Below, piece after piece: positions 51,801 through 63,400 of a stretch of DNA of 64,000 nt. The notes beneath the pieces were generated by a model that was not told the DNA's origin, did no database searches, and worked only from the letters and a program-made list of their open reading frames with translations. The DNA comes from Eledone cirrhosa. Its lineage: Eukaryota. The stretch is taken from assembly GCA_964016885.1 (NCBI GenBank), contig OZ024744.1, positions 2,108,001 through 2,172,000 of the forward strand, read 5' to 3'. The translations under genes were made by a program, and so were the position numbers. The first letter of the stretch is position 1, and each line of letters begins with the position of its first letter.

Positions 51801-51930
51801 CCAAAATTTCGTTCTTCGCAAGCTATCTTTCTCTACCTTGTCTTCCGTCAAAACTTCGTTCTCCACCAAGATATCTTTCTCTACCTTGTCTTCCCACAAA
51901 ACGTCGTTCTTCACCAAGCTATCTTTCTCT
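39060..51930. repeat. Three tandem copies of a ~4.4-kb unit (periods 4,407 and 4,216 bp; the middle copy lacks 191 bp = 4 monomers)
   Basis: ORF series 39187/43594/47810, 39906/44313/48529, 40336/44743/48959, 41054/45461/49677 and 42460/46676/51083. The 4 monomers at ~41,530-41,720 are missing at ~45,940, which fuses two ORFs into 45461..46648. Confidence 0.9.
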
Positions 51931-54900
51931 ACCTTGTCTTCCCTCAGAACTTCGTTCTTCACCAAGCTATCTTTCTCTACCTTGTCTTCCCCCAAAACTA
52001 CGTTCTTCACCAAGCTATCTTTCTCTAGCTTGTCTTCACACAAAACCTCGTTCTTCACCAAGCTTTCTTTCTCTACCTTGTCTTCCCACAAAACGTCATT
52101 CTTCACCAAGCTATCTTTCTCTACCTTGTCTTCTCCCAAAACTTCGTTCTTCACCAAGCTATCTTTCTCTACCTTGTCTTCCCTCAGAACTTCGTTCTTC
52201 ACCAAGCTATCTTTCTCTACCTTGTCTTCCCTCAAAACTTCGTTCTTCACCAAGCTATCTTTCTCTACCTTGTCTTCCCTCAAAACGTCGTTCTTCACCA
52301 AGCTATCTTTCTCTACCTTGTCTTCTCCCAAAACTTCGTTATTCACCAAGCTATCTTTCTCAACCTTGTCTTCCCCCAAAACTTCGTTCTTCACCAAGCT
52401 TTCTTTCTCTACACTGTCTTCCCAAAAACTTCGTTCTTCACCAAGCTATCTTTCTCTACCTTGTCTTCCCCCAAAACTTCGTTCTTCACCAAGCTATCTT
52501 TCTCTACCTTGTCTTCCCCCAAAACTTCGTTCTTCACCAAGCTATCTTTCTCTACCTTGTCTTCCCCCAAAGCTTCGTTCTTCACCAAGCTATCTTTCTC
52601 TACCTTGTCTTCCCACAAAACTTCGTTCTTCACCAAGCTATCTTTCTCTACCTTGTCTTCCCACAAAACGTCGTTCTTCACCAAGCTATCTTTCTCTACC
52701 TTGTCTTCCCTCAAAACTTCGTTCTTCACCAAGCTATCTTTCTCTACCTTATCTTCCCCCAAAACTTCGTTCTTCACCAAGCTATCTTTCTCTACCTTGT
52801 CTTCCCCCAAAACTTCGTTCTTCACCAAGCTATCTTTCTCTACCTTGTCTTCCCTCAAAACTTCGTTCTTCACCAAGCTATCTTTCTCGACCTTGTCTTC
52901 TCCCAAAACTTCGTTATTCACCAAGCTATCTTTCTCTACCTTGTCTTCTCCCAAAACTTCGTTATTCACCAAGCTATCTTTCTCTACCTTGTCTTCCCTC
53001 AAAACTTCGTTCTTCACCAAGCTATCTTTCTCTACCTTGTCTTCCCTCAAAACGTCGTTCTTCACCAAGCTATCTTTCTCTACCTTGTCTTCTCCCAAAA
53101 CTTCGTTATTCACCAAGCTATCTTTCTCTACCTTGTCTTCCCCCAAAACTTCGTTCTTCACCAAGCTTTCTTTCTCTACACTGTCTTCCCAAAAACTTCG
53201 TTCTTCACCAAGCTATCTTTCTCTACCTTGTCTTCCCCCAAAACTTCGTTCTTCACCAAGCTATCTTTCTCTACCTTGTCTTCCCCCAAAACTTCGTTCT
53301 TCACCAAGCTATCTTTCTCTACCTTGTCTTCCCCCAAAGCTTCGTTCTTCACCAAGCTATCTTTCTCTACCTTGTCTTCCCACAAAACTTCGTTCTTCAC
53401 CAAGCTATCTTTCTCTACCTTGTCTTCCCACAAAACGTCGTTCTTCACCAAGCTATCTTTCTCTACCTTGTCTTCCCTCAAAACTTCGTTCTTCACCAAG
53501 CTATCTTTCTCTACCTTATCTTCCCCCAAAACTTCGTTCTTCACCAAGCTATCTTTCTCTACCTTGTCTTCCCCCAAAACTTCGTTCTTCACCAAGCTAT
53601 CTTTCTCTACCTTGTCTTCCCTCAAAACTTCGTTCTTCACCAAGCTATCTTTCTCGACCTTGTCTTCTCCCAAAACTTCGTTATTCACCAAGCTATCTTT
53701 CTCTACCTTGTCTTCTCCCAAAACTTCGTTATTCACCAAGCTATCTTTCTCTACCTTGTCTTCCCTCAAAACTTCGTTCTTCACCAAGCTATCTTTCTCT
53801 ACCTTGTCTTCCCCCAAAACTTCGTTCTTCACCAAGCTATCTTTCTCTACCTTGTCTTCCCCCAAAACTTCGTTCTTCACCAAGCTATCTTTCTCTACCT
53901 TGTCTTCCCCCAAAACTTCGTTCTTCACCAAGTCATCTTTCTCTACCTTGTCATCCCTCTAAACTTCGTTCTTCTCCAAGCTATCTTTCTCTACCTTGTC
54001 TTCCCCCAAAACTTCGTTCTTCACCAAGCTATCTTTCTCTATTTTGTCTTCCCTCAAAACGTCGTTCTTCACCAAGCTATCTTTCTCTACTTTGTCTTCC
54101 CTCAAAATTTCGTTCTTCACCAAGCTATCTTTCTCGACCTTGTCTTCTCCCAAAACTTCGTTATTCACCAAGCTATCTTTCTCTACCTTGTCTTCCCTCA
54201 AAACTTCGTTCTTCACCAAGCTATCTTTCTCTACCTTGTCTTCCCCCAAAACTTCGTTCTTCACCAAGCTATCTTTCTCTACCTTGTCTTCCCCCAAAAT
54301 TTCGTTCTTCACCAAGCTATCTTTCTCTACCTTGTCTTCCCCCAAAACTTCGTTCTTCACCAAGTCATCTTTCTCTACCTTGTCATCCCTCAAAACTTCG
54401 TTCTTCACCAATCTATCTTTCTCTACCTTGTCTTCCCCCAAAACTACGTTCTTCACCAAGCTATCTTTCTCTAGCTTGTCTTCACACAAAACCTCGTTCT
54501 TCACCAAGCTATCTTTCTCTACCTTGTCTTCCCACAAAACGTCATTCTTCACCAAGCTATCTTTCTCTACCTTGTCTTCTCCCAAAACTTCGTTCTTCAC
54601 CAAGCTATCTTTCTCTACCTTGTCCTCCCCAAAACTTCGTTCTTCACCAAGCTATCTTTCTCTACCTTGTCTTCCCCCAAAATTTCGTTCTTCGCAAGCT
54701 ATCTTTCTCTACCTTGTCTTCCGTCAAAACTTCGTTCTCCACCAAGATATCTTTCTCTACCTTGTCTTCCCACAAAACGTCGTTCTTCACCAAGCTATCT
54801 TTCTCTACCTTGTCTTCCCTCAGAACTTCGTTCTTCACCAAGCTATCTTTCTCTACCTTGTCTTCCCCCAAAACTACGTTCTTCACCAAGCTATCTTTCT

Positions 54901-55900
54901 CTAGCTTGTCTTCACACAAAACCTCGTTCTTCACCAAGCTTTCTTTCTCTACCTTGTCTTCCCACAAAACGTCATTCTTCACCAAGCTATCTTTCTCTAC
55001 CTTGTCTTCTCCCAAAACTTCGTTCTTCACCAAGCTATCTTTCTCTACCTTGTCTTCCCTCAGAACTTCGTTCTTCACCAAGCTATCTTTCTCTACCTTG
55101 TCTTCCCTCAAAACTTCGTTCTTCACCAAGCTATCTTTCTCTACCTTGTCTTCCCTCAAAACGTCGTTCTTCACCAAGCTATCTTTCTCTACCTTGTCTT
55201 CTCCCAAAACTTCGTTATTCACCAAGCTATCTTTCTCAACCTTGTCTTCCCCCAAAACTTCGTTCTTCACCAAGCTTTCTTTCTCTACACTGTCTTCCCA
55301 AAAACTTCGTTCTTCACCAAGCTATCTTTCTCTACCTTGTCTTCCCCCAAAACTTCGTTCTTCACCAAGCTATCTTTCTCTACCTTGTCTTCCCCCAAAA
55401 CTTCGTTCTTCACCAAGCTATCTTTCTCTACCTTGTCTTCCCCCAAAGCTTCGTTCTTCACCAAGCTATCTTTCTCTACCTTGTCTTCCCACAAAACTTC
55501 GTTCTTCACCAAGCTATCTTTCTCTACCTTGTCTTCCCACAAAACGTCGTTCTTCACCAAGCTATCTTTCTCTACCTTGTCTTCCCTCAAAACTTCGTTC
55601 TTCACCAAGCTATCTTTCTCTACCTTATCTTCCCCCAAAACTTCGTTCTTCACCAAGCTATCTTTCTCTACCTTGTCTTCCCCCAAAACTTCGTTCTTCA
55701 CCAAGCTATCTTTCTCTACCTTGTCTTCCCTCAAAACTTCGTTCTTCACCAAGCTATCTTTCTCGACCTTGTCTTCTCCCAAAACTTCGTTATTCACCAA
55801 GCTATCTTTCTCTACCTTGTCTTCTCCCAAAACTTCGTTATTCACCAAGCTATCTTTCTCTACCTTGTCTTCCCTCAAAACTTCGTTCTTCACCAAGCTA
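50095..55900. repeat. Tandem duplication, period 2,876 bp (60 monomers minus 4 bp), overlying a 2,109-bp periodicity
   Basis: ORF offsets 50300 to 53176, 51083 to 53959, 51786 to 54662 and 52409 to 55285 are all 2,876. Rare TTCTCAACC variant at ~52361 and ~55237. Offsets 49677 to 51786 and 50300 to 52409 are 2,109. Confidence 0.88.
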
Positions 55901-57469
55901 TCTTTCTCTACCTTGTCTTCCCCCAAAACTTCGTTCTTCACCAAGCTATCTTTCTCTACCTTGTCTTCCCCCAAAACTTCGTTCTTCACCAAGCTATCTT
56001 TCTCTACCTTGTCTTCCCCCAAAACTTCGTTCTTCACCAAGTCATCTTTCTCTACCTTGTCATCCCTCTAAACTTCGTTCTTCACCAATCTATCTTTCTC
56101 TACCTTGTCTTCCCCCAAAACTACGTTCTTCACCAAGCTATTTTTCTCTAGCTTGTCTTCACACAAAACCTCGTTCTTCACCAAGCTATCTTTCTCTACC
56201 TTGTCTTCCCTCAGAACTTCGTTCTTCAACAAGCTATCTTTCTCTACCTTGTCTTCCCCCAAAACTTCGTTCTTCACCAAGCTATCTTTCTCTACCTTGT
56301 CTTCCCCCAAAACTACGTTCTTCACCAAGCTATCTTTCTCTACCTTGTCCTCCCCCAAAACTTCGTTCTTCACCAAGCTATCTTTCTCTACCTTGTCTTC
56401 CCTCAGAACTTCGTTCTTCACCAAGCTATCTTTCTCTACCTTGTCTTCCCCCAAAACTTCGTTCTTCACCAAGCTATCTTTCTCTACATTGTCTTCCCCA
56501 AAACTTCGTTCTTCACCAAGCTATCTTTCTCTACCTTGTCTTCCCCCAAAACTTCGTTCTTCACCAAGCTATCTTTCTCTACCTTGTCTTCCCCCAAAAC
56601 TTCGTTCTTCACCAAGTCATCTTTCTCTACCTTGTCATCCCTCAAAACTTCGTTCTTCACCAATCTATCTTTCTCTACCTTGTCTTCCCCCAAAACTACG
56701 TTCTTCACCAAGCTATCTTTCTCTAGCTTGTCTTCACACAAAACCTCGTTCTTCACCAAGCTATCTTTCTCTACCTTGTCTTCCCACAAAACGTCATTCT
56801 TCACCAAGCTATCTTTCTCTACCTTGTCTTCTCCCAAAACTTCGTTCTTCACCAAGCTATCTTTCTCTACCTTGTCTTCCCTCAGAACTTCGTTCTTCAC
56901 CAAGCTATCTTTCTCTACCTTGTCCTCCCCCAAAACTTCGTTCTTCACCAAGCTATCTTTCTCTACCTTGTCTTCCCCCAAAACTTCGTTCTTCGCAAGC
57001 TATCTTTCTCTACCTTGTTTTCCCCCAAAACTTCGTTGTTCACCAAGCTATCTTTCTCTACCTTGTCTTCCCCCAAAACTTCGTTCTTCACCAAGCTATC
57101 TTTCTCTACCTTGTCTTCCCCCAAAACTTCGTTCTTCACCAAGCTATCTTTCTCTACCTTCTCCTCCCACAAAACTTCGTTCTTCACCAAGCTATCTTTC
57201 TCTACCTTGTCTTCCCACAAAACGTCGTTCTTCACCAAGCTATCTTTCTCTACCTTGTCTCCCCTCAAAACTTCGTTCTTCACCAAGCTATCTTTCTCTA
57301 CCTTGTCTTCCCTCAAAACGTCGTTCTTCACCAAGCTATCTTTCTCTACCTTGTCTTCTCCCAAAACTTCGTTATTCACCAAGCTATCTTTCTCTACCTT
57401 GTCTTCCCTCAAAACTTCGTTCTTCACCAAGCTATCTTTCTCTACCTTGTCTTCCCCCAAAACTTCGTT

Positions 57470-60400
57470 CTCACCAAGCTTTCTTTCTCTACACTGTCTT
57501 CCCCAAAACTTCGTTCTTCACCAAGCTATCTTTCTCTACCTTGTGTTCCCCCAAAACTTCGTTGTTCACCAAGCTATCTTTCACTACCTTGTCTTCCCCC
57601 AAAACGTCGTTCTTCACCAAGCTATCTTTCTCTACCTTGTCTTCCCCCAAAACTTCGTTCTTCACCAAGCTATCTTTCTCTACCTTGTCTTCCCACAAAA
57701 CTTCGTTCTTCACCAAGCTATCTTTCTCTACCTTGTCTTCCCACAAAACGTCGTTCTTCACCAAGCTATCTTTCTCTACCTTGTCTTCCCTCAAAACTTC
57801 GTTCTTCACCAAGCTATCTTTCTCTACCTTATCTTCCCCCAAAACTTCGTTCTTCACCAAGCTATCTTTCTCTACCTTGTCTTCCTCCAAAACTTCGTTC
57901 TTCACCAAGCTATCTTTCTCTACCTTGTCTTCCCTCAGAACTTCGTTCTTCACCAAGCTATCTTTCTCTACCTTGTCCTCCCCCAAAACTTCGTTCTTCA
58001 CCAAGCTATCTTTCTCTACCTTGTCTTCCCTCAAAACGTCGTTCTTCACCAAGCTATCTTTCTCTACATTGTCTTCCCCAAAACATCGTTCTTCACCAAG
58101 CTATCTTTCTCTACCTTGTCTTCCCCCAAAACTTCGTTCTTCACCAAGCTATCTTTCTCTACCTTGTCTTCCCCCAAAACTTCGTTCTTCACCAAGCTAT
58201 CTTTCTCTACCTTGTCTTCCCACAAAACGTCGTTCTTCACCAAGCTATCTTTCTCTATTTTGTCTTCCCTCAAAACGTCGTTCTTCACCAAGCTATCTTT
58301 CTCTACCTTGTCTTCCCTCAAAATTTCGTTCTTCACCAAGCTATCTTTCTCGACCTTGTCTTCTCCCAAAACTTCGTTATTCACCAAGCTATCTTTCTCT
58401 ACCTTGTCTTCCCTCAAAACTTCGTTCTTCACCAAGCTATCTTTCTCTACCTTGTCTTCCCCCAAAACTTCGTTCTTCACCAAGCTATCTTTCTCTACCT
58501 TGTCTTCCCCCAAAATTTCGTTCTTCCCAAGCTATCTTTCTCTACCTTGTCTTCCCCCAAAACTTCGTTCTTCACCAAGTCATCTTTCTCTACCTTGTCA
58601 TCCCTCAAAACTTCGTTCTTCACCAATCTATCTTTCTCTACCTTGTCTTCCCCCAAAACTACGTTCTTCACCAAGCTATCTTTCTCTAGCTTGTCTTCAC
58701 ACAAAACCTCGTTCTTCACCAAGCTATCTTTCTCTACCTTGTCTTCCCACAAAACGTCATTCTTCACCAAGCTATCTTTCTCTACCTTGTCTTCTCCCAA
58801 AACTTCGTTCTTCACCAAGCTATCTTTCTCTACCTTGTCCTCCCCCAAAACTTCGTTCTTCACCAAGCTATCTTTCTCTACCTTGTCTTCCCCCAAAATT
58901 TCGTTCTTCGCAAGCTATCTTTCTCTACCTTGTCTTCCGTCAAAACTTCGTTCTTCACCAAGATATCTTTCTCTACCTTGTCTTCCCACAAAACGTCGTT
59001 CTTCACCAAGCTATCTTTCTCTACCTTGTCTTCCCTCAGAACTTCGTTCTTCACCAAGCTATCTTTCTCTACCTTGTCTTCCCCCAAAACTACGTTCTTC
59101 ACCAAGCTATCTTTCTCTACCTTGTCCTCCCCCAAAACTTCGTTCTTCACCAAGCTATCTTTCTCTACCTTGTCTTCCCTCAGAACTTCGTTCTTCACCA
59201 AGCTATCTTTCTCTACCTTGTCTTCCCCCAAAACTTCGTTCTTCACCAAGCTATCTTTCTCTACATTGTCTTCCCCAAAACTTCGTTCTTCACCAAGCTA
59301 TCTTTCTCTACCTTGTCTTCCCCCAAAACTTCGTTCTTCACCAAGCTATCTTTCTCTACCTTGTCTTCCCCCAAAACTTCGTTCTTCACCAAGTCATCTT
59401 TCTCTACCTTGTCATCCCTCAAAACTTCGTTCTTCACCAATCTATCTTTCTCTACCTTGTCTTCCCCCAAAACTACGTTCTTCACCAAGCTATCTTTCTC
59501 TAGCTTGTCTTCACACAAAACCTCGTTCTTCACCAAGCTATCTTTCTCTACCTTGTCTTCTCCCAAAACTTCGTTCTTCACCAAGCTATCTTTCTCTACC
59601 TTGTCTTCCCTCAGAACTTCGTTCTTCACCAAGCTATCTTTCTCTACCTTGTCCTCCCCCAAAACTTCGTTCTTCACCAAGCTATCTTTCTCTACCTTGT
59701 CTTCCCCCAAAACTTCGTTCTTCGCAAGCTATCTTTCTCTACCTTGTTTTCCCCCAAAACTTCGTTGTTCACCAAGCTATCTTTCTCTACCTTGTCTTCC
59801 CCCAAAACTTCGTTCTTCACCAAGCTATCTTTCTCTACCTTGTCTTCCCCCAAAACTTCGTTCTTCACCAAGCTATCTTTCTCTACCTTGTCCTCCCACA
59901 AAACTTCGTTCTTCACCAAGCTATCTTTCTCTACCTTGTCTTCCCACAAAACGTCGTTCTTCACCAAGCTATCTTTCTCTACCTTGTCTTCCCTCAAAAC
60001 TTCGTTCTTCACCAAGCTATCTTTCTCTACCTTGTCTTCCCTCAAAACGTCGTTCTTCACCAAGCTATCTTTCTCTACCTTGTCTTCTCCCAAAACTTCG
60101 TTATTCACCAAGCTATCTTTCTCTACCTTGTCTTCCCTCAAAACTTCGTTCTTCACCAAGCTATCTTTCTCTACCTTGTCTTCACCCAAAACTTCGTTCT
60201 TCACAAAGCTTTCTTTCTCTACACTGTCTTCCCCAAAACTTCGTTCTTCACCAAGCTATCTTTCTCTACCTTGTGTTCCCCCAAAACTTCGTTGTTCACC
60301 AAGCTATCTTTCACTACCTTGTCTTCCCCCAAAACGTCGTTCTTCACCAAGCTATCTTTCTCTACCTTGTCTTCCCCCAAAACTTCGTTCTTCACCAAGC

Positions 60401-63400
60401 TATCTTTCTCTACCTTGTCTTCCCACAAAACTTCGTTCTTCACCAAGCTATCTTTCTCTACCTTGTCTTCCCACAAAACTTCGTTCTTCACCAAGCTATC
60501 TTTCTCTACCTTGTCTTCCTCCAAAACTTCGTTCTTCACCAAGCTATCTTTCTCTACCTTGTCTTCCCTCAGAACTTCGTTCTTCACCAAGCTATCTTTC
60601 TCTACCTTGTCCTCCCCCAAAACTTCGTTCTTCACCAAGCTATCTTTCTCTACCTTGTCTTCCCACAAAACGTCGTTCTTCACCAAGCTATCTTTCTCTA
60701 CCTTGTCTTCCCTCAAAACTTCGTTCTTCACCAAGCTATCTTTCTCTACATTGTCTTCCCCCAAAACTTCGTTCTTCACCAAGCTATCTTTCTCTACCTT
60801 GTCTTCCCCCAAAACTTCGTTCTTCACCAAGCTATCTTTCTCTACCTTGTCTTCCCTCAAAACTTCGTTCTTCACCAAGCTATCTTTCTCGACCTTGTCT
60901 TCTCCCAAAACTTCGTTATTCACCAAGCTATCTTTCTCTACCTTGTCTTCCCACAAAACTTCGTTCTTCACCAAGCTATCTTTCTCTACCTTGTCTTCCC
61001 TCAAAACGTCGTTCTTCACCAAGCTATCTTTCTCTACATTGTCTTCCCCAAAACATCGTTCTTCACCAAGCTATCTTTCTCTACCTTGTCTTCCCCCAAA
61101 ACTTCGTTCTTCACCAAGCTATCTTTCTCTACCTTGTCTTCCCCCAAAACTTCGTTCTTCACCAAGCTATCTTTCTCAACCTTGTCTTCCCACAAAACGT
61201 CGTTCTTCACCAAGCTATCTTTCTCTATTTTGTCTTCCCTCAAAACGTCGTTCTTCACCAAGCTATCTTTCTCTACCTTGTCTTCCCTCAAAATTTCGTT
61301 CTTCACCAAGCTATCTTTCTCGACCTTGTCTTCTCCCAAAACTTCGTTATTCACCAAGCTATCTTTCTCTACCTTGTCTTCCCTCAAAACTTCGTTCTTC
61401 ACCAAGCTATCTTTCTCTACCTTGTCTTCCCCCAAAACTTCGTTCTTCACCAAGCTATCTTTCTCTACCTTGTCTTCCCCCAAAACTTCGTTCTTCACCA
61501 AGCTTTCTTTCTCTACACTGTCTTCCCCAAAACTTCGTTCTTCACCAAGCTATCTTTCTCTACCTTGTGTTCCCCCAAAACTTCGTTGTTCACCAAGCTA
61601 TCTTTCACTACCTTGTCTTCCCCCAAAACGTCGTTCTTCACCAAGCTATCTTTCTCTACCTTGTCTTCCCCCAAAACTTCGTTCTTCACCAAGCTATCTT
61701 TCTCTACCTTGTCTTCCCACAAAACTTCGTTCTTCACCAAGCTATCTTTCTCTACCTTGTCTTCCCACAAAACGTCGTTCTTCACCAAGCTATCTTTCTC
61801 TACCTTGTCTTCCCTCAAAACTTCGTTCTTCACCAAGCTATCTTTCTCTACCTTATCTTCCCCCAAAACTTCGTTCTTCACCAAGCTATCTTTCTCTACC
61901 TTGTCTTCCTCCAAAACTTCGTTCTTCACCAAGCTATCTTTCAGTACCTTGTCTTCCCTCAGAACTTCGTTCTTCACCAAGCTATCTTTCTCTACCTTGT
62001 CCTCCCCCAAAACTTCGTTCTTCACCAAGCTATCTTTCTCTACCTTGTCTTCCCTCAAAACGTCGTTCTTCACCAAGCTATCTTTCTCTACATTGTCTTC
62101 CCCAAAACATCGTTCTTCACCAAGCTATCTTTCTCTACCTTGTCTTCCCCCAAAACTTCGTTCTTCACCAAGCTATCTTTCTCTACCTTGTCTTCCCCCA
62201 AAACTTCGTTCTTCACCAAGCTATCTTTCTCTACCTTGTCTTCCCACAAAACGTCGTTCTTCACCAAGCTATCTTTCTCTATTTTGTCTTCCCTCAAAAC
62301 GTCGTTCTTCACCAAGCTATCTTTCTCTACCTTGTCTTCCCTCAAAATTTCGTTCTTCACCAAGCTATCTTTCTCGACCTTGTCTTCTCCCAAAACTTCG
62401 TTATTCACCAAGCTATCTTTCTCTACCTTGTCTTCCCTCAAAACTTCGTTCTTCACCAAGCTATCTTTCTCTACCTTGTCTTCCCCCAAAACTTCGTTCT
62501 TCACCAAGCTATCTTTCTCTACCTTGTCTTCCCCCAAAATTTCGTTCTTCACCAAGCTATCTTTCTCTACCTTGTCTTCCCCCAAAACTTCGTTCTTCAC
62601 CAAGTCATCTTTCTCTACCTTGTCATCCCTCAAAACTTCGTTCTTCACCAATCTATCTTTCTCTACCTTGTCTTCCCCCAAAACTACGTTCTTCACCAAG
62701 CTATCTTTCTCTAGCTTGTCTTCACACAAAACCTCGTTCTTCACCAAGCTATCTTTCTCTACCTTGTCTTCCCACAAAACGTCATTCTTCACCAAGCTAT
62801 CTTTCTCTACCTTGTCTTCTCCCAAAACTTCGTTCTTCACCAAGCTATCTTTCTCTACCTTGTCCTCCCCCAAACTTCGTTCTTCACCAAGCTATCTTTC
62901 TCTACCTTGTCTTCCCCCAAAATTTCGTTCTTCGCAAGCTATCTTTCTCTACCTTGTCTTCCGTCAAAACTTCGTTCTTCACCAAGATATCTTTCTCTAC
63001 CTTGTCTTCCCACAAAACGTCGTTCTTCACCAAGCTATCTTTCTCTACCTTGTCTTCCCTCAGAACTTCGTTCTTCACCAAGCTATCTTTCTCTACCTTG
63101 TCTTCCCCCAAAACTACGTTCTTCACCAAGCTATCTTTCTCTACCTTGTCCTCCCCCAAAACTTCGTTCTTCACCAAGCTATCTTTCTCTACCTTGTCTT
63201 CCCTCAGAACTTCGTTCTTCACCAAGCTATCTTTCTCTACCTTGTCTTCCCCCAAAACTTCGTTCTTCACCAAGCTATCTTTCTCTACATTGTCTTCCCC
63301 AAAACTTCGTTCTTCACCAAGCTATCTTTCTCTACCTTGTCTTCCCCCAAAACTTCGTTCTTCACCAAGCTATCTTTCTCTACCTTGTCTTCCCCCAAAA

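Noticed and set aside
44-62714. Giant plus-strand ORFs (3145, 3911, 3118, 3002, 1899 aa and others) as protein-coding genes
   Set aside because: All three plus frames are open at once because the pyrimidine-rich 48-mer has no stop. The starts are TTG codons within the repeat, and the peptides switch among three unrelated 16-aa repeats at each 1-bp deletion. There is no unique domain or gene context.
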